Positions 36,336 to 44,591 of a stretch of DNA of 64,000 bases are shown piece after piece. The position numbers and the translations under genes were made by a program. Below the pieces are notes generated by a model. The model saw nothing but the letters and a program-made list of their open reading frames with translations, had not been told where the DNA came from and did not search any database. The stretch is from a virus (lineage: Duplodnaviria > Caudoviricetes): the IMG/VR virus record IMGVR_UViG_3300005259_000074, positions 1-64,000 of that record. The stretch is one strand, 5' to 3'. Position 1 is the first letter of the stretch. Each line of letters starts with the position of its first letter.

Positions 36336-36905
36336 TTATTTCCCGTACCTAACTCTCAGCTGATCTACTGACGGTATCCCTTGATAGGATTCACCCTGCG
36401 GCCCTATTAAAACACTTCCACTCCTAGTCAATGGCACTCCCTGGTAACTACCGTCGCTGTTGGGAATGAAGAACAGCGATGATGGAACGCCTGCATTCGG
36501 CTGCGCTACGGGAGCTTGCGGCTGCGCTTGGACTACGCTGACTTGCTGAGGCTGCTGTACAATTTGTGGAGATTGCACTACGATCGTCTGCTGCACTGGA
36601 GGAGCGACCACAACGTACCCGACTCCGTACGGCTGGTAGTACACACCACCAGCGGTGAAGTACGGTGAACCGTTGACGTACACGACTCTCCTCTCCGGAG
36701 GGATATATGAGACCATTGCACCGGTGACTAGAGCTCCTGCGCTGAGGCCGAAGTTAGTCCAGAAGTAAGCGCCCCGACCGTAACCGTAGTACCCGTGACC
36801 ACCGTGCCAACCAGGTCCGGGACCAAATCCTGGAGGATGGGCGAGTGTTGTAGTTGAAGCTAACAGTAAGACGACTACGACAGTGATGCACATCAAGGCT
36901 TTCAT
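36336..36905 (-). CDS. secreted Gly/Tyr/Pro-rich protein (DUF6515-like)
   Basis: Signal peptide, GGHGYYGYG, YYQPYGVGYVVVAPP, C-terminal IPNSDGSY...GPQGE...VDQLR..YG; TGTAAATA on - at 37005-12. Confidence 0.7.
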   Translation of the reverse strand: MKALMCITVVVVLLLASTTTLAHPPGFGPGPGWHGGHGYYGYGRGAYFWTNFGLSAGALVTGAMVSYIPPERRVVYVNGSPYFTAGGVYYQPYGVGYVVVAPPVQQTIVVQSPQIVQQPQQVSVVQAQPQAPVAQPNAGVPSSLFFIPNSDGSYQGVPLTRSGSVLIGPQGESYQGIPSVDQLRVRYGK

Positions 36906-36981
36906 TTCATTCTCCGTTTAAATTTATGTTACTTCTTTCTATATATTATACCACACAAAATAGTGTCATTGAAATGAAATT

Positions 36982-37115
36982 GAAACATCCCGTTGATTAC
37001 CAACTATTTACATAGAAAATGTGAAAATTATGATGGATTTCACTGTACAAGTGTACGTTGTGGTTGTATATTGATTACCATTAAGGGAACCACAACGGCT
37101 CCCGACAAACGGAGA
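36982..37115 (+). repeat. promoter/stem-loop/RBS element, copy B
   Basis: Inverted copy of 29726..29861 with a 36-bp identical run CGTTGTGGTTGTATATTGATTACCATTAAGGGAACC. Confidence 0.9.
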
Positions 37116-37121
37116 GTAGAG

Positions 37122-37376
37122 ATGAAACTCACAGCTGATCTGAAGTCCGAAGTCTACAATAAAGCTCTCGCCAAAGCGGGCGAAGGCTTGGAAGCGCTGA
37201 TGCCTTTCTTAACAGTAGAGCAGAAGGACGAATTCAACGAGGGATTTAAAGTAGGATGGGTGGGGCGCAAGCTCACCGAACAAGAGAGTTGGTGCACCAT
37301 ATTTGGCAAAGGTGTATCAGAAGGCCGACTCTGCCGGAGCCGCATCGACTACGTGATATCAATTCTTCCTGTGTAA
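37122..37376 (+). CDS. hypothetical early protein
   Basis: ATG 37122 after the GGAGA RBS of copy B. Confidence 0.7.
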   Translation: MKLTADLKSEVYNKALAKAGEGLEALMPFLTVEQKDEFNEGFKVGWVGRKLTEQESWCTIFGKGVSEGRLCRSRIDYVISILPV

Positions 37377-37397
37377 TTCTAACCGAAGGAAATACCG

Positions 37398-37913
37398 ATG
37401 CACTACAACGAGATAAAGAAACTCACTTCAAGAGGACGCTATTGCTGCGACTTGAACCTCGGAGAGCTGATCCCGAAGTTCGACAGTTACATTGCAGAAT
37501 ACGAACTCCAGATATGCCCTGACTTCCAAAGAGGCCACGTGTGGACTCAGGAGCAGCAGATCAAGTACTGTGAGTTCATGCTCAGGGGAGGGTGCACCAA
37601 CAACGAGTTCCTCCTCAATCACCCCGGGTGGATGCACACCTTCAGAGGAGATTTCGTGCTTGTCGACGGCCTTCAGAGATTGACTGCGATCCGCGAGATG
37701 CTCGAGGACAAAGTTCCAGTCTTCGGTGTGGCATTCAGTTCTATCGAAGACAACCGAAAGTTCAAAAGCGAGGTGAATTTCAAGGTCAATGTGAACAACC
37801 TCAAGACTCGTAAAGAAGTCTTGAATTGGTATCTCGAGCTCAACAGCAACGGAACACCTCACACTGCAGAAGAAATCACGAGGGTCAAAGAACTCCTCGG
37901 AAAGGAGAACTGA
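37398..37913 (+). CDS. stand-alone DUF262 (ParB-like) domain protein
   Basis: PDFQRGHVWT..QQ and LVDGLQRLTAI. Confidence 0.85.
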   Translation: MHYNEIKKLTSRGRYCCDLNLGELIPKFDSYIAEYELQICPDFQRGHVWTQEQQIKYCEFMLRGGCTNNEFLLNHPGWMHTFRGDFVLVDGLQRLTAIREMLEDKVPVFGVAFSSIEDNRKFKSEVNFKVNVNNLKTRKEVLNWYLELNSNGTPHTAEEITRVKELLGKEN

Positions 37914-37915
37914 CA

Positions 37916-38500
37916 ATGATGATCACGAAGACAGCCGAGGACAAGGTCATATTCATCGTCCAAGGAGTGATAGTAGCCGAGTACGAAGCTTCGGTGTACA
38001 AGAGTACTTCTATCGGCAGTTATGTGCCGGTCACGATATTCGACTCGTACGAATCGACGAGGAAGGGCACCACAGTAGAAGACTTCCACAAGACGCTGAA
38101 ACAGAAAGTCGTCAACAAGCTCGCGAAGATGGCAGCGGACCTTGCAAATTACACATTCCCTCTGATGATTGACTCACAGGTGATGTCAGAACACTTTGAA
38201 TTACTGGAAACAAAACTAAAAGAGATCTCCATTGAGAACATCTGCAACGTCGAGCAGTACGCCAACAGATTCGCTTCAGTAGAAGCATCTCTAGCGAACT
38301 GCGAGACGAGAGATGAAGCAAAACACATTCTCGAAGACGAACTGACGACCTCTGTAGAACTTAAGCTCTTCGCCCGTCGGAACGATATCGTAGCGTTTGG
38401 CACCAAAGCAGAAGTACGGGACCGCATCATAGAGTCGATGGTAGGCTCCCGCCTGAATTCTGACGCGATCCAGAACTACAACAAGACAGCCAGACGCTAG
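37916..38500 (+). CDS. hypothetical protein
   Basis: ATG 37916 after GGAGA. Confidence 0.65.
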   Translation: MMITKTAEDKVIFIVQGVIVAEYEASVYKSTSIGSYVPVTIFDSYESTRKGTTVEDFHKTLKQKVVNKLAKMAADLANYTFPLMIDSQVMSEHFELLETKLKEISIENICNVEQYANRFASVEASLANCETRDEAKHILEDELTTSVELKLFARRNDIVAFGTKAEVRDRIIESMVGSRLNSDAIQNYNKTARR

Positions 38501-38523
38501 CTCTTGCTAACAGGAGAACTGAA

Positions 38524-38820
38524 ATGTCATTCACGATGAGACTGCAAGCGGCGAGGCGCAAAAAGGACCTGACCGCGGAGGACGTGATCCCGTTCGCTCA
38601 CGAGTTCAGAGACATGGACAACAACTCGGTGGGAGGACACCTTCACATAGTCCTTGACGACGGCAACTGCGAAGACCACTTTGTGGAGTTCTGCAAGCTC
38701 CAAGCTGACAGAGATCACGACATCAAAGCTTACCTACTAGCTGACACTCTCCTGTCAATGCCCGAGACCGAGCGCGAGAAGGTGGCTGAGGCATTCTACT
38801 CGCGCGAGGAACAAGTATGA
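38524..38820 (+). CDS. hypothetical phage protein with GGHLHIVLDDGN motif
   Basis: AGGAG RBS; conserved-looking motif. Confidence 0.7.
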   Translation: MSFTMRLQAARRKKDLTAEDVIPFAHEFRDMDNNSVGGHLHIVLDDGNCEDHFVEFCKLQADRDHDIKAYLLADTLLSMPETEREKVAEAFYSREEQV

Positions 38821-38916
38821 CCCACGAGATTAGAATGATGTTCAGGATGAGGAGAGCGTGGATCGCTCTCCAGAGGAAGCGTCACTATTCTTCAAACAAC
38901 CGGACGGAGAAGTGAC

Positions 38917-40503
38917 ATGAAGAAAGTAATAGTGCTCTTTGTGGTGTTCGCTTTCCCGGCTTTTGTTGCGTTCTACGCGACGAACGGAGATGCTTCTATG
39001 CAGCTGCAGCAGCTCTTCTGCGGTTTCTTGGCGATGTCTCTGCTAGCGTTCGGCATATCAATGTTGGTAGAAAAGAAACTTCTCTGTGTTCTACTCGCCG
39101 CGGTTTCTTGTGGAGCACAGCTCGTTGGGTGGCTCGATGCGATGTGCTTTTACATGCTCCACAAATCTTTCGACTTCGTCTTCATGTTTCACCTAGATGC
39201 GAACACGTTCAAGTTCATGACAAGCACGCAGATTGCTGGGATGATTGTCATCGCACTGTCTCTTGTTGGGTGTGCTTGGATGTTTTACGCGATATACTTA
39301 GCCGCTGGAGAAGAGGGGAAGACCACTTCGAAGTATCTGAAGTGGATGATGATAGCTTTGGGAATGTTCGGCGTAGTGATATTCGAGACTCCGTGTAAAG
39401 ATCTCGTCCACTATTTCCAACGAGCTCACGCTAGGAGTGGTATGTCTCAGCTCACAGATGAACAGATGTTGGAGCTCGGTATCAAGACGTGTCAAGTCGA
39501 CTACGAGACTCTGAAGACTGTGAAGGGCAAGAACCTCGTGTTCGTATACCTCGAGAGTTTTGAGGCTGCATTCCTTGACGAGAAGCTCTTTCCAGGACTC
39601 TGCCCCAACATAAACGCTCTCCGCAAAGAAGCGGTGGTCTTCGATAACATCACACCTTCTTTCCATGGGACGTATTCTTTCGGCGGTATTTACGCTTCAA
39701 TGGCCGGGAGCCAGATAGTGACTGCGCAGATGCCGAGTGTCTTCGAGTGCAACACTGGCGTGAAGTCGAGCTACGGTGGAAAGCTGCTGACGGTTCCAGC
39801 GATACTCTCTAAAGCTGGATATTACCAAGTGTTCGTCCACGGAGGAGATCCAGCGTTCTCCGGACTCGGAAACTTCTTGAAACACGAGCACTGTGACGAG
39901 TATATTCGCCCGCAGACTGGTCGAGGCATGGGGTGCAGAGATGACGAGATGTTCGAAGCAGCATATGTTAAGTACGCTAAATTAGCAGCCTCTGGACGTC
40001 CTTTCAGCATCACAATGTTCACGCTAGACACTCACATCGGCAACGTAATAGAACCGAACTGGGAGGAATACAATACGAAGGACGTTCCTGAGTTCGCTGG
40101 ACGGCCTGACTCAGTGCTGTCGACATGCAAGCACACGGACGCAGCTTTTGGACAGTTCATCGCCAAACTGAAGGCATCTCCGGCGTGGTCGAACACCGTT
40201 GTCTTCGTGATGAACGACCACTTCTGCTGGCCCGGAGATCACAGCAGAGTGTTGGAGAAGTCAGGGCATAGGGTCATGAATATGTTCGCGATAAACGCAG
40301 GAACTCCGCGGATCGTCAAGACGAGAGGGAAGACGTTTGACGTTGCTCCGACTGTGCTAGAGTTGGTTGGTGTCTCCCACGATTATGTGTTCCCCGTCGG
40401 AGAGTCCCTGCTCGGAACCCCCAACCCGAAGCGCCTAGAAGACGACACGATCATCAGAGAAGAGTGCCTCAACGCCTACTTGTTGAAGAAGAGTGAGAAG
40501 TAA
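38917..40503 (+). CDS. membrane-bound phosphoglycerol transferase / LTA-synthase-like sulfatase (OpgB-like)
   Basis: N-terminal TMs then NLVFVYLESFE, GTYSFGG (Ser at nucleophile position), TLDTH, VMNDH, DVAPTVL. Confidence 0.85.
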   Translation: MKKVIVLFVVFAFPAFVAFYATNGDASMQLQQLFCGFLAMSLLAFGISMLVEKKLLCVLLAAVSCGAQLVGWLDAMCFYMLHKSFDFVFMFHLDANTFKFMTSTQIAGMIVIALSLVGCAWMFYAIYLAAGEEGKTTSKYLKWMMIALGMFGVVIFETPCKDLVHYFQRAHARSGMSQLTDEQMLELGIKTCQVDYETLKTVKGKNLVFVYLESFEAAFLDEKLFPGLCPNINALRKEAVVFDNITPSFHGTYSFGGIYASMAGSQIVTAQMPSVFECNTGVKSSYGGKLLTVPAILSKAGYYQVFVHGGDPAFSGLGNFLKHEHCDEYIRPQTGRGMGCRDDEMFEAAYVKYAKLAASGRPFSITMFTLDTHIGNVIEPNWEEYNTKDVPEFAGRPDSVLSTCKHTDAAFGQFIAKLKASPAWSNTVVFVMNDHFCWPGDHSRVLEKSGHRVMNMFAINAGTPRIVKTRGKTFDVAPTVLELVGVSHDYVFPVGESLLGTPNPKRLEDDTIIREECLNAYLLKKSEK

Positions 40504-40524
40504 CGTAAATTTCTGTGTGAGTTC

Positions 40525-40794
40525 ATGGTTACAAAGAGTGAACTAGCGAAGTCCAACAGGACGAGTGGCTGTCGAGCGTGGTCGAGTGATCCGAAAGAAC
40601 GGAAAGGACTGTGCCATGCTTACACGAAGTGCTACTGCAAGTGGTTCAAACCTCTAGACAGAAGAGTTGAAGACTACAGGACAGCGGCATGCCGCTTTCA
40701 CAACGGCGGTTACTGCACGTGCTGGGCTGCCCTCCGAGAAGCTCGAGAAGAATTCATGAAGCAGAGAGTCGCACAAGCGCTGGAAGAACTATGA
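40525..40794 (+). CDS. CRT-family protein
   Basis: CKWF..C..YCTCWAA..AQALEEL*. Confidence 0.75.
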   Translation: MVTKSELAKSNRTSGCRAWSSDPKERKGLCHAYTKCYCKWFKPLDRRVEDYRTAACRFHNGGYCTCWAALREAREEFMKQRVAQALEEL

Positions 40795-41018
40795 AGACGA
40801 TACACAGTCACTGCTACATGATAATGACACCCAGAGGCCATCAGCACACGTGCTTGTCAAAGGTCGTGTCTTTCTGCAAGTGGTCTGTCGAGGCGACTGA
40901 CGGGAGATGCGAGCACGCATTCTTCCATTCCGACGACAGGACAACAGAGTGCATGCGCTCGGAAGCCAGAGAAGAGACCAGCGAGTACGAGGCGGCGTTG
41001 AGGATGGAAGAGATATGA
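40791..41018 (+). CDS. CRT-family protein
   Basis: ATGA-coupled MKTIHSHC; ends ALRMEEI*. Confidence 0.8.
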   Translation: MKTIHSHCYMIMTPRGHQHTCLSKVVSFCKWSVEATDGRCEHAFFHSDDRTTECMRSEAREETSEYEAALRMEEI

Positions 41019-41287
41019 AGACAATAAACCACTGCATTACGATGGAGGCGCATTTCATCAAGAAGTTCGCAGACGAACGCCAACCCGGCGACCACATGTG
41101 CGTGTCCATCGCGCAAGATTACTGCAGATTCTTCCAACCGGGACACGAGAGGTGGACTAACGGTGGGATGTCTTTCATGTGCGCGCACTGTAAGACCGAT
41201 GAACACAAGAATTACAACTGCACGTGCAAAGAAGCGATCGCCGACGCAGATGAAGCGCTCTTAGCGGAGAAGTTAGAGGAACTATGA
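41015..41287 (+). CDS. CRT-family protein
   Basis: ATGA-coupled MKTINHC; CRFF; CTCKEAIADA..EKLEEL*. Confidence 0.8.
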   Translation: MKTINHCITMEAHFIKKFADERQPGDHMCVSIAQDYCRFFQPGHERWTNGGMSFMCAHCKTDEHKNYNCTCKEAIADADEALLAEKLEEL

Positions 41288-41559
41288 AGGAAAATTGCTG
41301 CATCACCATAACTAACAGCATCACGCTCTTCAGAAAGAATCTCACTCCGGGAACTCACTACTGCGCGTCTAACATCTCGGAGTTCTGCAAATTTTACAAA
41401 AAGACAGTAGAGACGCTGCGTAGTTCATGCGGTGAGATTAAGACTTTCAAGTGCGCTTGGAATATGTCTCGCGATAGTGCTAGTAGTGTCTGCACTTGCA
41501 AGGAAGCGATAGATGAAGCCGACGAGGACGCCATCGCAGAGAAACTGGAAGATTTGTAG
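41284..41559 (+). CDS. CRT-family protein
   Basis: MKENCC; CKFY; CTCKEAIDEA..EKLEDL*. Confidence 0.8.
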   Translation: MKENCCITITNSITLFRKNLTPGTHYCASNISEFCKFYKKTVETLRSSCGEIKTFKCAWNMSRDSASSVCTCKEAIDEADEDAIAEKLEDL

Positions 41560-41564
41560 AAGTT

Positions 41565-41595
41565 CCCTTTACATTTCATGGAAGTGGATTATATT
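41565..41595 (+). promoter_or_regulatory. early-type promoter CCCTTTACA-N16-TATATT
   Basis: Same motif as other copies; upstream of the 41625..47309 unit. Confidence 0.65.
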
Positions 41596-41624
41596 GGCTC
41601 TATAAACTAACTGGAGAGACCCAC

Positions 41625-42347
41625 ATGGGCAGAGTCAAGCAGTTGGACAAGTTAGTCGACAAGATAAGAGGTGTCGCTGGTGTCAGAGCGCACATCAATG
41701 AAGTGCTCTGGAAGCGGATGAAGAAGCTCGGAGAGGTGTTCTTCGAGTCCTTCTTCTATGAGGGCCAGAAGAAACCGGACGCAAAGCGTTTGTCAGACCT
41801 CTTCTACTACACCGGTGGATGGCCGCACGAGAACACCCCTCCGAAAGCGAAGGACCTCGCCCACGACATCTCCATAGCGTACAACTTCTTCAGGATAGCT
41901 GGGTACGACGACTTCGAGAAGTACCTAGCGGAGAATGGCCTGGGCATAGTGGTCCTCGACCCGGAGAAGGCGAAAGTCGTGTTCGACAAGCAGAAGTTCG
42001 CCGCCCAGGTCGCCCTATTCAACGAAGTGGAACCAGAACACGCGATGGCTCCTCGAGCTGAACCACAGGCGGCCTTCTTGGAGATCGTAGAGCGGTGCAT
42101 GGATGTGCAGGGAGAGATCTGCGCACAAGCCGACAAGATCAAACTCCGAGCTGCGGTGGAAGCGAGTGCCGAGCACAAGATCCAGAAGAAGAACTTCATC
42201 ATCGCGGTCAACAATGAGTCTAAGAGAGGTCTGGACTTCGCTGACAAGTTCAAAGCCGGGAAGTTCCACCAGAAGACACTGGACTCCTCTTCGGAGCTGA
42301 CTGAGATCGAGACCGCCATGAAGAAAGAAGACTCGATCAGAGCATGA
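41625..42347 (+). CDS. hypothetical protein; C-terminus weakly DsbA/GapR-like DNA-binding
   Basis: Strong ORF; similarity of ADKIK..A..EHKIQKKNF to T4 DsbA is from memory only. Confidence 0.6.
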   Translation: MGRVKQLDKLVDKIRGVAGVRAHINEVLWKRMKKLGEVFFESFFYEGQKKPDAKRLSDLFYYTGGWPHENTPPKAKDLAHDISIAYNFFRIAGYDDFEKYLAENGLGIVVLDPEKAKVVFDKQKFAAQVALFNEVEPEHAMAPRAEPQAAFLEIVERCMDVQGEICAQADKIKLRAAVEASAEHKIQKKNFIIAVNNESKRGLDFADKFKAGKFHQKTLDSSSELTEIETAMKKEDSIRA

Positions 42348-42619
42348 AGGTAGAAGACGGCAGTTTGGTGTTCAGATTCCGCGGGATGATGTACGAGTTC
42401 CCCATCGGAATAAGCGCAGTCTTCCTGATCATGAGCGTGATAGGTGTCGTGATGGTAGTCCAAGAGCCTCTGATCGAAGACAGCGGCCCTGAGATACGGA
42501 TGATGGGTGCAATATTCTTAATAGTGTGCCTATCATACTTGAAGCGCATGCGCAAGTTCGCCAAGGAGCGCGATGTGTCAGACGAAGAAATACTAATACG
42601 AAAGTTGGAGGAGTTGTGA
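42344..42619 (+). CDS. two-TM membrane protein with C-terminal tag (KLEEL)
   Basis: ATGA-coupled; two TMs. Confidence 0.7.
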   Translation: MKVEDGSLVFRFRGMMYEFPIGISAVFLIMSVIGVVMVVQEPLIEDSGPEIRMMGAIFLIVCLSYLKRMRKFAKERDVSDEEILIRKLEEL

Positions 42620-42909
42620 TCATCTTGCTCGAAGACTCGGACATGAAATCTTCCAACGCGAGGGCTGCTGCGGAAGACATCGGCGTCAAACACAAAGGTT
42701 ACCACCAGAGGTTCGGCACTAGCGATTACGACATCGGAGGTGTGCACAAAGTTTTCATGGCGAGGTACATCATCCACGTCCCACACCAGGGAGAAGCAAA
42801 AGTCATCAAGTCTCGCGATAGCCAGATAGGGATCAACGGGATCATACCGGAAGACATCGCCGAGAAGTTCAAGAAGATGATAGCGTTAGATGCTATGGAG
42901 AGACTATGA
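42616..42909 (+). CDS. hypothetical protein with C-terminal tag (AMERL)
   Basis: GTGA-coupled start 42616. Confidence 0.65.
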   Translation: MIILLEDSDMKSSNARAAAEDIGVKHKGYHQRFGTSDYDIGGVHKVFMARYIIHVPHQGEAKVIKSRDSQIGINGIIPEDIAEKFKKMIALDAMERL

Positions 42910-43229
42910 ACGCGCTGAATCAGTTCATCGAGGTGATAGCTGAGGCATACGCTTCTTACATCTACACGAGGAAGGCAAAGAAGATACCGCTTAGGCTCAG
43001 CGTGCTGATGGTCCTCATAGCGTTCTTCAACTACGTCTTCAACGAACTCCTCTTAGGTTGGAACTTACACAACGTGCTCTTCTCCGGAAAGCACGATGCA
43101 GGGACTCTACTGGGTCTCGCTGTCTCAGCATGCACAGTGGGGTTCATCTTCCTTGTGTCTTACAGGATACAGGTGAAATTCAACCAGATGAAAGACGATG
43201 ACATAGCGACAGCTATAGAGGACATATGA
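42906..43229 (+). CDS. two-TM membrane protein with C-terminal tag (AIEDI)
   Basis: ATGA-coupled; two TMs. Confidence 0.7.
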   Translation: MNALNQFIEVIAEAYASYIYTRKAKKIPLRLSVLMVLIAFFNYVFNELLLGWNLHNVLFSGKHDAGTLLGLAVSACTVGFIFLVSYRIQVKFNQMKDDDIATAIEDI

Positions 43230-43555
43230 GAGAATCCGCAGAGGTCTTAGCAAAAGACGTAGCTGACTACGTGACCACCGACAAGTGGGCCAACGAAAAT
43301 CACGAGATGAGGAGTATGACACTCGTGTGGTACTTATCGCTGTTCTTGTTATTCCCATTCATGTTCGGAAACAGCTGTGGAAGAGTTGTCGAAGATATGT
43401 GCAATTGCGACATGATGCGCGCGCCTTTCTCGTGCGTCTTAGTCGTGTCGACAGGCTTTCTGACGTTCTACTCCTTCGCTTCGCTGAAGATCGCGAAATA
43501 CATCGTCAGAGAGCATGAGTACTCCGAGATAGACAAGAAGTTGGAGGAACTGTGA
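43226..43555 (+). CDS. two-TM membrane protein with C-terminal tag (KLEEL)
   Basis: ATGA-coupled; two TMs with a Cys-containing loop. Confidence 0.7.
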   Translation: MRESAEVLAKDVADYVTTDKWANENHEMRSMTLVWYLSLFLLFPFMFGNSCGRVVEDMCNCDMMRAPFSCVLVVSTGFLTFYSFASLKIAKYIVREHEYSEIDKKLEEL

Positions 43556-43860
43556 GACTCGAGAAATACGACGTGTTCAAGTGCTCTCACGATTGCGCGA
43601 TAACGCTGGTCGAAGACGACAGATTTTCCGTGTCGTTCACTAGAGGGTTATACGTCGTCCTGATTGCAATACACGGACCACCGCCGCACAACCTTGTTGA
43701 ACTCTACGGAGTGTCTGGCTTAGACCCACTCATAATCCGTAACATCTCCAAGAGAGTCTCCGTTGAGACCCTCAAGAGGAGCATGGACTTCGGGTACATG
43801 TCTTACGACGAGAAAGATTCTCTGGAACTCAAAACCAACCACAAGTTGGAGGATCTGTGA
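43552..43860 (+). CDS. hypothetical protein with C-terminal tag (KLEDL)
   Basis: GTGA-coupled. Confidence 0.7.
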   Translation: MRLEKYDVFKCSHDCAITLVEDDRFSVSFTRGLYVVLIAIHGPPPHNLVELYGVSGLDPLIIRNISKRVSVETLKRSMDFGYMSYDEKDSLELKTNHKLEDL

Positions 43861-44075
43861 AGGAGAACCTCTGTAAATTCTACGGCGTAAAGATCTACGC
43901 TTGCAATTGTTTCGACCCCGGGCACCAGCACCTCCCTCCGGTGTCGGACTGCAAGTACTTTGAGCAAGATGGAGTCTCAGAGAGACGGTGCATGCACTCC
44001 CATGGAACTTGGACGTGCCACTGTGGAGAAGCTCATCTCGACGCCAAAGCGACTTACACTATGGAGAACTTATGA
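43857..44075 (+). CDS. CRT-family protein
   Basis: MKENLC; CKYF; CHCGEAHLDA..MENL*. Confidence 0.8.
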   Translation: MKENLCKFYGVKIYACNCFDPGHQHLPPVSDCKYFEQDGVSERRCMHSHGTWTCHCGEAHLDAKATYTMENL

Positions 44076-44302
44076 GTGTGAGAGTCCTCGCAGATATGCC
44101 CAGCAGGCTCTGCATCGTCGGAGACGGACCGGTGTTCGTGTGTCAGGCTGACGTGTTCTCTGATGGGCATTGGAACTGCGCCAAGTACTCTAGTAAGAGC
44201 GGTCAGTATACGTGGTGCGAACATGCTGTACACACGGAGGGTGGGCTCTGCGTGTGCAGACACCCGGAATTGCTGGTAGATCTCGCACTAGAAGGACTGT
44301 GA
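44072..44302 (+). CDS. CRT-family protein
   Basis: ATGA-coupled start 44072; CVC; ends LALEGL*. Confidence 0.75.
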   Translation: MSVRVLADMPSRLCIVGDGPVFVCQADVFSDGHWNCAKYSSKSGQYTWCEHAVHTEGGLCVCRHPELLVDLALEGL

Positions 44303-44580
44303 GGATTTCAGTGGACAAAGTCAACTTGTGCAAGCTGATAAGGATTAGGTACTACTGCTTCTCCTCGAGGATCGAGAGCTCTAGGAAGAGAACTTACAGA
44401 CGGAGAGACTGTGTGTACTTTAAGCGGGGAAGAAAACGAGGATCGAAACAGTTGGACTGCACTTACTGCTTAAAACCTGGCGCTTATTGCACCAACCCAC
44501 AGGCGAAATCAGACGCACTCTCGGCCAAGAATGCAGCTGAACTAGAATCGAAACTGGAAGACAAACTAGAACTGATATAG
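44299..44580 (+). CDS. CRT-family protein
   Basis: GTGA-coupled start 44299; CVYF; ends DKLELI*. Confidence 0.75.
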   Translation: MRISVDKVNLCKLIRIRYYCFSSRIESSRKRTYRRRDCVYFKRGRKRGSKQLDCTYCLKPGAYCTNPQAKSDALSAKNAAELESKLEDKLELI

Positions 44581-44591
44581 GAGACACAGAG

